A stretch of DNA of 32,424 nucleotides from Octopus bimaculoides (GCF_001194135.2 NC_068991.1:15422849-15455272), one strand, 5' to 3'; shown: positions 11,240 to 23,329, numbered from the stretch's first letter. The notes: a model not told the origin generated them from the sequence alone. A program made the numbers and translations.

Positions 11240-11321
11240 GGCGCGGGCGTGGCTGTGTAGTAAGAAGCTTGCTTCCCAAGCACACGGTTCCAGTTCAGTC
11301 CCACTGCGTGACACCCTGGAT
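11240..11321 (+). mobile_element. SINE family B head fragment
   Basis: GGCGTGGCTGTGTAGTAAGAAGCTTGCTTCCC...CAGTCCCACTGCGTGACACC matches the family B head. Confidence 0.75.
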
Positions 11322-11580
11322 AAACAGCTATTTATAAATATTTATGATATCCCTTCATCGGAGACGGTGTGAGAGGATGATTAAGCAATAGTTAGTTTAG
11401 TTAAGATAGGAAATAGAGAGTGAATGTAGGGATATTGTATTTGTAAATCCGTCGTTTAGGCAGAATGGTAAACATATAAGATCACGATACCTTGTGAGTA
11501 AAATCCAATTGTTTTTAAGATTGGTCGTTGCCTTTGTAAATCCATTATTAAGATTCCATTTTATATATATATATATATAT

Positions 11581-12415
11581 NNNNNNNNNNNNNNNNNNNN
11601 NNNNNNNNNNNNNNNNNNNNNNNNNNNNNNNNNNNNNNNNNNNNNNNNNNNNNNNNNNNNNNNNNNNNNNNNNNNNNNNNNNNNNNNNNNNNNNNNNNNN
11701 NNNNNNNNNNNNNNNNNNNNNNNNNNNNNNNNNNNNNNNNNNNNNNNNNNNNNNNNNNNNNNNNNNNNNNNNNNNNNNNNNNNNNNNNNNNNNNNNNNNN
11801 NNNNNNNNNNNNNNNNNNNNNNNNNNNNNNNNNNNNNNNNNNNNNNNNNNNNNNNNNNNNNNNNNNNNNNNNNNNNNNNNNNNNNNNNNNNNNNNNNNNN
11901 NNNNNNNNNNNNNNNNNNNNNNNNNNNNNNNNNNNNNNNNNNNNNNNNNNNNNNNNNNNNNNNNNNNNNNNNNNNNNNNNNNNNNNNNNNNNNNNNNNNN
12001 NNNNNNNNNNNNNNNNNNNNNNNNNNNNNNNNNNNNNNNNNNNNNNNNNNNNNNNNNNNNNNNNNNNNNNNNNNNNNNNNNNNNNNNNNNNNNNNNNNNN
12101 NNNNNNNNNNNNNNNNNNNNNNNNNNNNNNNNNNNNNNNNNNNNNNNNNNNNNNNNNNNNNNNNNNNNNNNNNNNNNNNNNNNNNNNNNNNNNNNNNNNN
12201 NNNNNNNNNNNNNNNNNNNNNNNNNNNNNNNNNNNNNNNNNNNNNNNNNNNNNNNNNNNNNNNNNNNNNNNNNNNNNNNNNNNNNNNNNNNNNNNNNNNN
12301 NNNNNNNNNNNNNNNNNNNNNNNNNNNNNNNNNNNNNNNNNNNNNNNNNNNNNNNNNNNNNNNNNNNNNNNNNNNNNNNNNNNNNNNNNNNNNNNNNNNN
12401 NNNNNNNNNNNNNNN
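11581..12415. other. Assembly gap (835 N). Other gaps: 1137-1273, 3039-3048, 14501-14684, 15514-15739, 19032-19131, 22269-22278, 25337-25346
   Basis: Direct reading. Confidence 0.99.
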
Positions 12416-12549
12416 TACAAGCGTTTAACAGCACATATACAATAAGTATGTGACATTAATGTTTACATCACTGAGCGGTATCTAACAGTTTTTCACCCGA
12501 ATTATCCTAAATATTCAAGGTAATCCCCACCACCACTAAAAAAAAAAAA

Positions 12550-14058
12550 CGGGAACTTTTGAAAAACCCAACAAAAATAGGACAGAGTCAAGACTATTGA
12601 AAAGGTTGCAAGATGCAACGAAAATTTTAGGAAAATAAAAATAAGAAATAAGTGGAAATTTTAACGGTGAGTGTGTTAAATTTTAAGGCACAATAAGAAA
12701 ATGACTCTCCCCAGACACAACAGAATATGCTTCAACATACGAAATCACATAAAAAATCTTGCAAACCAAATCCCAAAACGAAAAACAAATATAGGAAAAT
12801 TCCAAATCTAACAAAATAAACAAAAAAAAAATTATTGACAAAAAGTAAACAACTTGCCTTTAAATAATCCAAAGTATTAATGCCTGAAAGCATTAATTTC
12901 CTGTAGATGGCGCCCTCTTCTACATATGCATTCTGTCAATCTGCCATTGAGGTTTCTCATTGCTTGGTGCAAACATCTCAGCTGGTATACCACGAATTTC
13001 ATCTTGAATTCTTTCTTTCAGTTCATCCAGTGTCATTGGCCAAGCCGTGGAGATCCGACTTTTAAGGTAACCGCACAAGAAATAGTCACAAACGGACAAA
13101 TCCGGTGATCTTGGGGGCCAGTGAACGTCACCGAATCTTGAGATGACACTATTACCGAACAACTCTTGTACAGCCGCCATTGATTACCTTGTAGTGTGCG
13201 ACGTCGCACCGTCGTGAAGTTGCGGAAAATAATTCAATGCAGGTGCAACAAAAGATTGCAGCATCTCAACATATCGATCAAAAGTGACAGTCACTGTGAT
13301 CTCCATTTTCGAAAAAGCAAGGTCTGATGACACCGTGTGATGAAACTGCACACCATACCGTCACCTTGCTGCTGTGTAAAGGGCGTTCATGAAATTCTTG
13401 AGGGTTGCTATCTGCCTAGTAACGATAGTTCTGTTTGTTCACATAACCAGTAAGATGAGAATGAGCCTCATATAACATCTACAGCTTGTCCAGAAATTCG
13501 TTGTTTTCGTTTATGTTTTCCATAATTTTTTGACAGAATTTTAATTTCAATTGGTGATCATTATCCTTCAGTTCTTGGACGATCTGCAGCTAGTACAGAT
13601 GAAATTTTAATTCAAAATGGAGAATTCGGCAAATACTCTCTCTGGACAACCTTACTGCAGTTGCTTGCTTATGAGCTGAACAACGTAGACTCTGTAAGAC
13701 TGAAACGTGTAGAACCTTGATATTTTGTGGAGTACGAACAGTTCTTGGTCGTCCTGTCGGTTTCTTTTTCGGAACCGATCCAGTCTTTTCAAAGGTTTTA
13801 ATCCACATTTTTACCGCGTGCTTCGAGAGAACTTGACAATGGCGTCCCAAATTGAGATGACATTGAAACTCACGCTGCGCATCCTCCAAGCAATCATTGT
13901 TTCTGTAAAGCATTTTTATGGCGAAAGCATGCTGTTGACCGTTCCACCGATCCATGATTACTAAATTGCAAGGTTGTTTCTGCATGAAGCTCACTGTACC
14001 TCAGTGCTGCCAAATGTGCAGTGCTACATGGTTGCACGACGAATTTCAAAAGTTGCCG
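12550..14058 (-). mobile_element. Near full-length, decayed Tc1/mariner DNA transposon of the DD41D (rosa/Visitor) type
   Basis: 15-bp inverted match CGGGAACTTTTGAAA (12550-12564) / TTTCAAAAGTTGCCG (14044-14058) brackets the transposase remnant; the outermost ends are not resolved. Confidence 0.85.
12877..13955 (-). pseudogene. DD41D transposase pseudogene
   Basis: MDRWNGQQ...TGRPRTVRT...LKFHLY...MLYEAH (first catalytic D appears mutated to Y)...VTVWCAVS...HDGATSH...WPPRSPDLSVCDYFLCGYLK. I count 41 residues between the second and third D. Several stops and frameshifts. Confidence 0.9.
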
Positions 14059-14147
14059 ACATATTTGTTTAATATCTGTCAATCATATTTTTTTGTTGTT
14101 GGATTTTGATTTTTCCTATTACACGTTTCAGTCTTACAGGATTCTAC

Positions 14148-14500
14148 ACGGGTTCAGTCCCACTGCGTGGCACCTTGGGCAAGTGTCTTCTACTATAGCT
14201 TCGGGCCGACCAAAGCCTTGTGAGTGGATATGGTAGACGGAAACTGAAAGAAGCCCGTCGTATATATGTATATATATATATATGTGTGTGTGTGTTTGTG
14301 TGTTTGTGTTTGTCCTCCTAGCATTGCTTGACAACCGATGCTGGTGTGTTTATGTCCCCGTCACTTAGCGGTTCGGCAAAAAGAGACCGATAGAATAAGT
14401 ACTAGGCTTACAAAGAATAAGTCCCGGGGTCGATTTGCTCGACTAAAGGCGGTGCTCCAGCATGGCCGCAATCAAATGACTGAAACAAGTAAAAGAGAGT
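14148..14500 (+). mobile_element. SINE family B copy (head truncated)
   Basis: Near-identical to the reverse complement of 4953-5346. Confidence 0.92.
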
Positions 14501-14889
14501 NNNNNNNNNNNNNNNNNNNNNNNNNNNNNNNNNNNNNNNNNNNNNNNNNNNNNNNNNNNNNNNNNNNNNNNNNNNNNNNNNNNNNNNNNNNNNNNNNNNN
14601 NNNNNNNNNNNNNNNNNNNNNNNNNNNNNNNNNNNNNNNNNNNNNNNNNNNNNNNNNNNNNNNNNNNNNNNNNNNNNNNNNNNNAGAGGGCAAACTGACA
14701 CACACACACACGCACACCTTCAAGAAGCTTCCACAGAATGAAGTAAAAAAATAATGCAAATAAACGGGCTCTCCTTCATTGACAACGAATCGCATGGCTA
14801 AGAACAGACGTGTATAGACCAAACAAACTAGGAATAAATCAAAGAGCTTGAAAACAAGACAGATGACCAACTGCTATCCATCATTAGCA

Positions 14890-15122
14890 GCAACGCCATC
14901 GTCGTCGTCGTCGTCATCGTCATCGTCGTCGTCATCATCATCATCATCACCACCACTATATCCTGCAGCACCACCACGAACAGCAGCAGCAGCAGCAACA
15001 ACATCATCAGCTGTAATAGTAATGACTATAGCAGTGCAAAAAAGCTACATCAATGACTTACCAGCTGGAAACTGCAGACAGTCGACGTGTGATGGTGTTG
15101 TTGTTGTGGTAGTGGTGGTTGC

Positions 15123-15176
<54 letters not shown>

Positions 15177-15270
15177 ATGGAACATTCATCAATACTAAAT
15201 GATTAGAACGACTAGAAAGAACCGAAATATCACGACTTTGTGTACCGTTCTCGTCGGCTAGCATAGCACG

Positions 15271-15320
<50 letters not shown>
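14890..15320. repeat. Mixed trinucleotide microsatellites (CGT/CAT/CAG, GTT, ATT)
   Basis: Direct reading; source of the poly-S, poly-V, poly-N and poly-I ORFs. Confidence 0.92.
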
Positions 15321-15332
15321 GTGTTATTATTA

Positions 15333-15513
15333 TTTTACTTGTTTCAGTCATTTGACTTTAGTCGAACGAATCGACGCCAGGACTTATTCTTTGTAAGCCT
15401 AGTATTTATTCTATCGAACTCTTTTGTCGAACCGCTAAGTTACGGGGACGTGTAAACACACCAATATCGGTTGTCAAGCGATGGTGGGTGGTGGACAAGC
15501 ACAGACACACAAA
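15333..15513 (-). mobile_element. SINE family B 3' part running into an N gap
   Basis: TTTTACTTGTTTCAGTCATTTGAC...GAACCGCTAAGTTACGGGGAC, with a short internal deletion. Confidence 0.85.
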
Positions 15514-15739
15514 NNNNNNNNNNNNNNNNNNNNNNNNNNNNNNNNNNNNNNNNNNNNNNNNNNNNNNNNNNNNNNNNNNNNNNNNNNNNNNNNNNNNNNN
15601 NNNNNNNNNNNNNNNNNNNNNNNNNNNNNNNNNNNNNNNNNNNNNNNNNNNNNNNNNNNNNNNNNNNNNNNNNNNNNNNNNNNNNNNNNNNNNNNNNNNN
15701 NNNNNNNNNNNNNNNNNNNNNNNNNNNNNNNNNNNNNNN

Positions 15740-15809
<70 letters not shown>

Positions 15810-16745
15810 CTTGGTGACAACAAATCTCTTTAAATTTCAAGAAACTTTCCTAGGATCCTTGTAGAATAAAGGATGGCACCCTTCTGCAGATCGATAATGC
15901 GAGTCTTAATTCCAAAATTCTTCAGCCTCTAAGGTAGGAGTTTGGGTGTCGTGCCAAGTGCACCAGTTACTTCATGAATAATTGGCATCTTAGTCTTCCA
16001 CAATCTCTTCATATCTATCTAACTCTCTCCTTCTCTCGCTATCTTTCTCTTTCTCTCTTTCTCTCTTTCTCTCTCTCTTTCTGTGAGTAGGTCCCGATAT
16101 TTCTCTATTTTCTCATCTTTTTTGGTATTCATTGATATTGCAAAATCTTTTATCTTACACTGAGATTGCTTTTCCAATTGAAGGTGGGTTTGGCTCCTCT
16201 GCAATCATATATGATCTTCTTGCTTCTATAGTAAGGCCAGCCCTTGTGAAGAAATTTCATAAGATGCTGCAACATTTATTCTTTATCACAACCTCTGACT
16301 CCTGTTCATACCACTTTTCTTTCTACTTAGACACCCCAAACTTGTCTAACATCCCAATGCACTCTTTTTTCCGACAGTCAAGTCTTCGCTTACACTCTCT
16401 TTCTGTCAACTTACCTTGTTCATTTAAGGCATGGTTAATACTTCCGTCTCCTTTCCCACATATTCTGCGTTTGCTCTCTGGCTGAGATTTATCAATCATT
16501 GACTTTATCAACTTCGTCCTAATGACTTGTTCCTGGGCAGCTATATTTCTGTTTCTCACTTTAGGCTTCCGTCCGTCAGTCACAATCATCGTTCTTTACT
16601 TCCAAAATCCCCGGTTAGATGCATGTGTTGGTCACTAGTTCTATTTTTTTTTCCTTCTCTTCTTCAATTCTCCTACTGTTTCAGTAACTTTTTGGATACT
16701 TCAAGCCGCCGATAGTATTTTTTCTTCATCACGTACAACATAGCT
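15810..16745 (-). mobile_element. Decayed R4/Dong-like LINE fragment with an internal (AG)n expansion
   Basis: AAQEQVIRTKLIKSMIDKSQPESKRRICGK (degenerate CCHC), KEKWYEQE, KIEKYRDL; (CT)n at about 16022-16082. Confidence 0.82.
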
Positions 16746-17061
16746 TTTTTTTTTCTTTCCAAACACAGTATTGAAATATTAAAGGTATATTCTGCAAATA
16801 GCAATCATCTGTCCCCTTCTTTTCTTGGCAGATAAAGTCTAAAAGATAAAGACACCCTTCAGTCAGGGTATCCATGGTTTTTATGGGGCTTTTCCATGAG
16901 CAGCCCTTGAACGTCTCCTCCCTATTGAGGATTACACATTGTTGATTTTTTTTTAGATAATTTTGTTAGTCTTGTTTACTCGCAAAACACTCACAACACA
17001 CTCACACAAATATACTTTTGTTTGTCCATAATGTTTTTCTTAGCTCTAGTGGTTAATAAAG

Positions 17062-17138
<77 letters not shown>

Positions 17139-17249
17139 TAGTTGTTGTCGTTATTATTGATAGATTGATTGCTTTATGTTGTACTTCATGATTACTTCAT
17201 ATAACTACTCTAACTTTCGTAGTTACGTGTTTTGTGAAAATCAGATTAG

Positions 17250-17455
17250 CAATATACATACGTCTGCCTGGGATAAGCTCGGATTCTCAGGAAAAGAAAT
17301 CAGCCAACTAACTCGCATTTTAGAAATACAGTCTGTAAAACTATGTAAGACTTTTCTCAGCTTTAAAATGTGACATCGTTTTTGTTATCTCTATTCCAGC
17401 CATGGAGATTTGTATCCTTGTTAGAAACCGGTCCCTTCAAAGGAAGAATTTAAAT
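17250..17455 (+). mobile_element. Probable short 3' remnant of another non-LTR element
   Basis: WDKLGFSGKEISQLTRILEIQSVKLCKTFLSFKM* resembles, from memory, C-termini of RLE-type LINE ORFs; not verified by search. Confidence 0.45.
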
Positions 17456-17489
17456 AATCAAAAACGGATGAGAACATACATACATCCAT

Positions 17490-17866
17490 GTTGTTGCTGC
17501 TGTTGTTGTTGGCACTCCAGTTGATCCGATCAACGGAACAGCCTGCTCGTGAAATTAACGTGCAAGTGGCTGAGCACTCCACAGACACGTGTACCCTTAA
17601 CGTAGTTCTCGGGGATATTCAGCGTGACACAGAGTGTGACAAGGCTGGTCCTTTGAAATACAGGTACAACAGAAACAGGAAGTAAGAGTGAGAGAAAGTT
17701 GTGGTGAAAGAGTACAGCAGGGTTCGCCACCATCCCCTGCCGGAGCCTCGTGGAGCTTTAGGTGTTTTCTTTCAATAAACACTCACAACGCCCGGTCTGG
17801 GAATCGAAACCGCGATCCTATGACCGTGAGTCCGCTGCCCTAACCACTGGGCCGTTGCGTCTCCAC
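17490..17866 (-). mobile_element. SINE family A copy inserted into a (TACA)n tract
   Basis: Full-length reverse-complement match; TACA repeats on both sides. Confidence 0.95.
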
Positions 17867-17867
17867 T

Positions 17868-18530
17868 ACATACATACATACATACATACATACATACATT
17901 ACTTCATCTTGATAGATGGTAGCCCACCACATCCCATCACACAGTACAATCACTCCGTTGATGAGCCCTTAGATGACTTTTAAGACCAGCTACTAACTGG
18001 CAGGGTTTAAAACACAAGTGACAGATATTATTCAAGTTTCTTCTATATCTTTGCCCTTTGGAATCTGATTCTGAAGGAATGCTTTTGTGAACTAGCATAT
18101 GCCTTTTAAGTCCAGATATTGTCTTACAAGTTTTCTGACATACGACACAAGTCGTAAGAGGCGGTTAGTGTCCAAGATCATTACCTATCTGGGTATTTCG
18201 ATTTTCATGTGACATCATATGATTCACGTATCCTGCTTTTGACAACAGAATACGATCACATATAATACATATCCAATGTTCACTGTTGATTACAATTCCA
18301 ATTGTTCCTTTGCGACAGGCCGCCCTAACTTCAGAGTGCTGAATCATCTTTTCCTCCCAGGTACTGCAACCAGTCCTAACAGCTCCTCTCTACTTGTTCC
18401 AATCTAGAACATCATTTTTCCAATCACTTTTATTCATATCTAGTTTCTTCAGGTTTTCTTTCACAGAGTCTTTATACCTTTTCATCGGCTTATGTTGTGG
18501 TCGCTTACCAGAGTTGAGCTCACTATAAAA
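17868..18530 (-). mobile_element. 5'-truncated RTE-like LINE 3' end encoding three C2H2 zinc fingers, with a (TATG)n tail
   Basis: One frame: FYSELNSGKRPQHKPMKRYKDSVKENLKKLDM...W...CIICDRILLSKAGYVNHMMSH...CVVCQKTCKTISGLKRHMLVH...CHLCFKPCQLVAGLKSHLRAH...stop at 17937-17939. Two premature stops (18390-18392, 18165-18167). Confidence 0.85.
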
Positions 18531-18986
18531 TAAAAAAAAAGACGCAAGATAGCGGGTAAGACCTTACTGGAGTACGGCACCAATTTTACAATGGATTCGT
18601 TTGAGGAAGGGAATCCGGGACACAAGTGTTTCGACATGCAGTGTGGGGGTGGCATGCAAACATACATCAGAGAGATGGAGAGGCAGAGAGAGAGAAAGAG
18701 AGAGGGGATAACACTTGAAAACAACTAAGTGGATGTAAATGGCAGTTAAGCCATGTAGAAGAGGTGTCATGTACAGCAGAGATCAGCAAGATAACCGCCA
18801 TAACACTTGGCTTGAAATTACAGACCGAAGATTACGAAGGTCAAGCAAAACTCATGGGACAACAAAGAATTTACAAAGAATATTGTAATTGAGAAATATT
18901 TTTAGACCAAAAAATTTATGCTTACGTAAATTGTTTCATAATCAAATAATGAAAAAGAGTTGTTTGTAACAGAACAAGAAAAGAAA

Positions 18987-19031
<45 letters not shown>

Positions 19032-19131
19032 NNNNNNNNNNNNNNNNNNNNNNNNNNNNNNNNNNNNNNNNNNNNNNNNNNNNNNNNNNNNNNNNNNNNN
19101 NNNNNNNNNNNNNNNNNNNNNNNNNNNNNNN

Positions 19132-19170
<39 letters not shown>

Positions 19171-19172
<2 letters not shown>

Positions 19173-19370
19173 ATCATCATCCTTTAATGTTTGTTGTCCA
19201 TGCTGCAATCGGTTGGACAGTTTGACCAGAGCTGGGGAGCTGCACCAGACTCCAGTCTGATTTGTGATGGTTTCTACAGCTGGATGCCCTTCCTAATGCC
19301 AACCATATACAGAGTGTGCAGGTGCTTTTATGTGACGTCACACAGGCACTTTTGTGTGGCACCGCCACAA
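19171..19370 (-). mobile_element. SINE family D 3' part ((GAT)n tail, GGTTGGCRTTAGGAAGGGCATCCAGC core)
   Basis: Core matches the copies at 20833, 23781, 25012, 28290 and 30860. Confidence 0.85.
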
Positions 19371-19597
19371 ATGCTTTAGACCATCTGAAGGATCAATCTT
19401 AAGACTTCAGGTATGTAGTGTGGATCTTCTTGAGTACGACAAGGCTCTAAGCATCTCGATCCTTTGTCCATCTTGCCTGAATGGTTCATTCTTCAGTACT
19501 TCTTCCCATGTCTTCCGGGGTCTCATATATGTATGTGTGTATGTGTGTGTGTGTGTGTGTGTGTGCATGAAATCTGAGACACATACATACATACATA

Positions 19598-19980
19598 TTG
19601 TTGGCATTCCGTCGCTTACGACGTCGAGGGTTCCAGTTGATCCGATTAACGGAACAGCCTGCTCGTGAAATTAACGTGCAAGTGGCTGAGCACTCCACAG
19701 ACACGTGTACTCGTAGCGTAGTTCTTGGGGATATTCAGCGTGACACAGTGTGACAAGGCTGACCCTTTGAATTACAGGCACAACAGAAACAGGAAGAAAG
19801 AGTGAGAGAAAGTTGTGGTAAAAGAGTACAGCAGGGGTCGCCACCATCCCCTGCCGGAGCCTCGTGGAGCTTTAGGTGTTTTCGCTCAATAAACACTCAC
19901 AACGCCCGGTCTGGGAATCGAAACCACAATCCTATGACCGCGAGTCCGCTGCCCTAACCACTGGGTCATTGCGCCTCCAC
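19598..19980 (-). mobile_element. SINE family A copy in a (TACA)n tract
   Basis: Full-length match; ATACATACATACATA on both sides. Confidence 0.95.
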
Positions 19981-20236
19981 ATACATACATACATATATGT
20001 AATACATAACTACAAATTTAGCATTAAGGTAGATGTCAAGGCTTAGTTGTTGTCCCTCTGCTATTTATCGTTGCCCAACAGGACATTGCACAGAAATTTA
20101 AGAGAAGCTGACCATGAGAATTCCTGTATACTTATAATCTAATTCTTATTGCTGAATTTATAATCGAATTAGAGAAGTTCCAGACTTAGAAGCAAAAATC
20201 AGAAGGCTTTGAGTTTCATATGGTTATAACATTGAC

Positions 20237-20613
20237 GTGGAAGTGCAATGGCCCAATGGTTAGGGCAGCAGACTTGCGGTCGTAGGATCGCGGTTTCGAT
20301 TCCCAGACCGGGCGTTGTGAGTGTTTATTGAGCGAAAACACCTAAAAGCTCCACGAGGCTCCGGCAGGGGATGGTGGCGAACCCTGCTGTACTCTTTCTC
20401 TCACTCTTTCTTCCTGTTTCTGTTGTACCTGTATATTTCGAAGGGCCAGCCTTGTCACACTCTGTGTCACGATGAATCTCCCTGTGAACTACATTAAGAG
20501 TACACGTGTCTGTGGAATGCTCAGCCACTTGTATGTTAATTTCGCAAGCAGGCTGTTCCGTTGATCGGATCAACAGGAGTCCTTGTCGTAAGTGACGGAG
20601 TGCCAACAACAAA
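20237..20613 (+). mobile_element. SINE family A copy with 11-bp TSD
   Basis: TSD ATAACATTGAC at 20226-20236 and 20614-20624. Confidence 0.95.
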
Positions 20614-20832
20614 ATAACATTGACAGAGTCTGCATAAAAGTAGTATATGGGAACTCCACACGTCCCCAGTGTATGCTATGAATGCGCAAGAGGTTTAGTG
20701 GAATCTCAAGCAGTCTAACAGAGAAGGTATGCTTTGTATGCAGCTGGTGCTCAGGGGCAATCAGTACTAAATGCACACCGACAATAAGATTCTATTAAAT
20801 GCCCCAAAAGCTCTCTTCTGTTTCCTAGATGA

Positions 20833-21075
20833 CCACCACCATCATCTTCATCATCATCATCATCATCATCTGTTCGTTTGCCATGCTGGCATGGGTTGGA
20901 CAGTTTGACAGGTGCTGGTAAGGCCAGAGGCCGCACCAGGTTCCATTGCCTGTTTTGGAATGGTTTCTATGGCCAGACGTCCTTCGTAATGCCAACCACT
21001 TTACAGAGTGTAATGAGTGTGCTTTATTCACAACACCATCACCAGTGTTTTTTACTTGGCGCCAGCACCAATGGG
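20833..21075 (-). mobile_element. SINE family D copy (diverged)
   Basis: (CAT)n followed by CCATGCTGGCATGGGTTGGACAGTTTGAC...CCTTCGTAATGCCAACC. Confidence 0.8.
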
Positions 21076-21237
21076 GTGGCTATACCTAATGACAGTTTGT
21101 CTCAGCTCCACATTACTTTACCATTACCCTTTAACATTTAAACCGGCCAAATCCGGTCCAAGTATTTTACATGCTTTATGTTCAAACTGGCTAGATCCAG
21201 CCTCTCTCACCTTCCCTATAATTTCATTCTAAAAATA

Positions 21238-21603
21238 CGAACCACATGGTTCCGGCTTGAGTCCCACTGCGTGGCACCTTGGGCAAGTGTCTTCTACTAT
21301 AGCCTCGGGCCGAACAAAGCCTTGTGAGTGGATTTGGTAGACGGAAACTGAAAGAAGCCTGTCGTATATATGTATATATATGTATGTATGTGTGTATATG
21401 TTTGTGTGTCTGTGTTTGTCCCCCAACATCGCTTGACAACCGATGGTGGTGTGTTTACGTCCCCGTAACTTAGCGGTTCGGCAAAAGAGACCGATAGGAT
21501 AAGTACTAGGCTTACAAAGAATAAGTCCTGGGGTCGATTTGCTTGACTAAAGGTGGTGCTCCAGCATGGCCACAGTCAAAAGACTGAAACAAGTTAAAAG
21601 AGT
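21238..21603 (+). mobile_element. SINE family B copy
   Basis: Match to 14148-14500. Confidence 0.92.
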
Positions 21604-22019
21604 AAATCACATCATTGAAATCTCAAAGTTATTTGATAATGCAGGACTAATACAAAACGATGGGAATAAATAAGCATTACATTGGACAGGGTAATCTGAA
21701 TGTTAAAGGGTTAAGTTTCATAAACATTAACACATCTGTCTCATCAGGTATTCAGAGACATCTGGTGTTTATGGTATGATTAATCCTACATATAATATCT
21801 TTGAGTATATATATTATATGTGCCTGATCCCAAATCTTGATCCTATATAATATACTGCATCTGATACCATTTTTTATAAATATTTGATCTCATATTATCA
21901 AATATTTGATCCTACCTTTAATCCCATATAATATAATTAATCCCACATATAATATTTGATCATATTATAATATTTCATTTCGCTCATTATAATTTATTTT
22001 TTTATCTATGCACTCTTTT

Positions 22020-22378
22020 CAAGCCTAGCCAGGCTCATGGGCCTGGTTTCCCAGTTTCTATGGCGTATGTGTTCCCCTCACCAGCTGGATGGGATGCCAG
22101 TCCATCGCAGCTTTACTCAAGAAACGGGAAGAAAGAGTGAGAGAAAGTTGGAGCGAAAGAGCACAACAGGGGTTGCCACCACCCCCTACCGGAGCCTCGT
22201 GGAGCTTTAGGTGTTTTCACTCAATAAACACACACAACGCCCGGTCTGGGAATCGAAGCCGTGATCTTNNNNNNNNNNTTCACTCAATAAACACACACAA
22301 CGCCCGGTCTGGGAATCGAAGCCGTGATCTTCCGACCGTGAATCCGCTGCCCTAACCACTGGGCCATTGCACTTCCGC
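22020..22378 (-). mobile_element. SINE with a family A head but a different 3' half (chimeric or sister family)
   Basis: About 22115-22378 matches the family A 5' half; about 22020-22115 instead matches the GACTGGCATCCCATCCA segment of the 7890 element. A 10-N gap with duplicated flanks lies inside. Confidence 0.8.
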
Positions 22379-22733
22379 ACACATTATAATATCACATAAT
22401 ATATTTGATCCGATATATTATAATGCATTTGATTTCATGTATTCAGCTCCATATATGTTATTATTACTTCAATCCTATACAAAAGGATTTGTAGGCAGGG
22501 TTACTATGGTTATACAAGAGAAACTTTTGGATCTTAAACAATGAAATATCTCTCATGTCACAGAACACAATATCTTTTATCTCCATATCTTTGATATCAT
22601 TTACAATAACAGAATATCTCTGATGTCACAAAATAGAATATCTTTGATGTCATATAATAATTTCTTGTAGCAATCATTACCATCGTTGTCATCATCATCT
22701 TTATCATCAGCATCATCATATACACATATATAT

Positions 22734-22772
<39 letters not shown>

Positions 22773-23329
22773 TGTATATGATGATGGCTGCCCAATCATG
22801 ACCAAGGAAGACCATCACTGACCATTGCCCATGCATGAGGTTATTGCACTGACAGTTGGCTTCACCTGGGTCTGTGTTCATTGCCAAGGTGCCTCCTACT
22901 CAACCAGGCATCAGTTACTCGCCTTGGTAGCTATTGCACAGCCTTAAGTTTTAGATCCAATAGAGCTTGCACGGCACCTCATGTACCCTCCCCACCCAGA
23001 GACAAACTAGAGTGAGATATCCAGTGCCAATATGGGTCACAGGTTTGGGAATGTGAGAGCATCACGATCTCAAGCACATGCAAAAGATCTTCAAAATGTT
23101 CAACACCATTTCCTGCATCTCTGGTTTTATATCAGAATGAACTTCTCTTAGAGACATGCTTTAACAAAATCTAAGTGATGCCTCACTTCCTGTGGTTTTC
23201 TAGCATGCCGGACACCAATCAGGAATTTCTGAAGACTTTTGCTATTGAAAGATAATCATTGAACCTTCTCTCTCTTTCACTGGCCAGGTAATCATGTACC
23301 TTCTCTATAGCAAGACACCTGTTCCTGCC

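Noticed and set aside
11397-12456. Longest ORFs in the track (302-345 aa)
   Set aside because: Almost entirely N gap.
14695-14790. Possible minus-strand coding exon MRFVVNEGEPVYLHYFFTSFCGSFLK
   Set aside because: Short, unrecognised, with a weak donor running into a (GT)n microsatellite; compatible with chance.
14848-15198. Poly-S/A/V ORF resembling a low-complexity transcription factor
   Set aside because: Trinucleotide microsatellites only; no domain and no convincing splice context.
15740-15809. (TAA)n as the tail of the minus-strand LINE
   Set aside because: On that element's sense strand it reads (TTA)n, opposite to the other two copies, and it borders an N gap, so it may belong to something else.
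22216-22330. Short duplication within the SINE
   Set aside because: It straddles the 10-N gap at 22269-22278; same artefact. The same holds for about 3000-3080.
22770-23200. Possible old LINE 5' fragment
   Set aside because: No translatable motif could be recovered with confidence.
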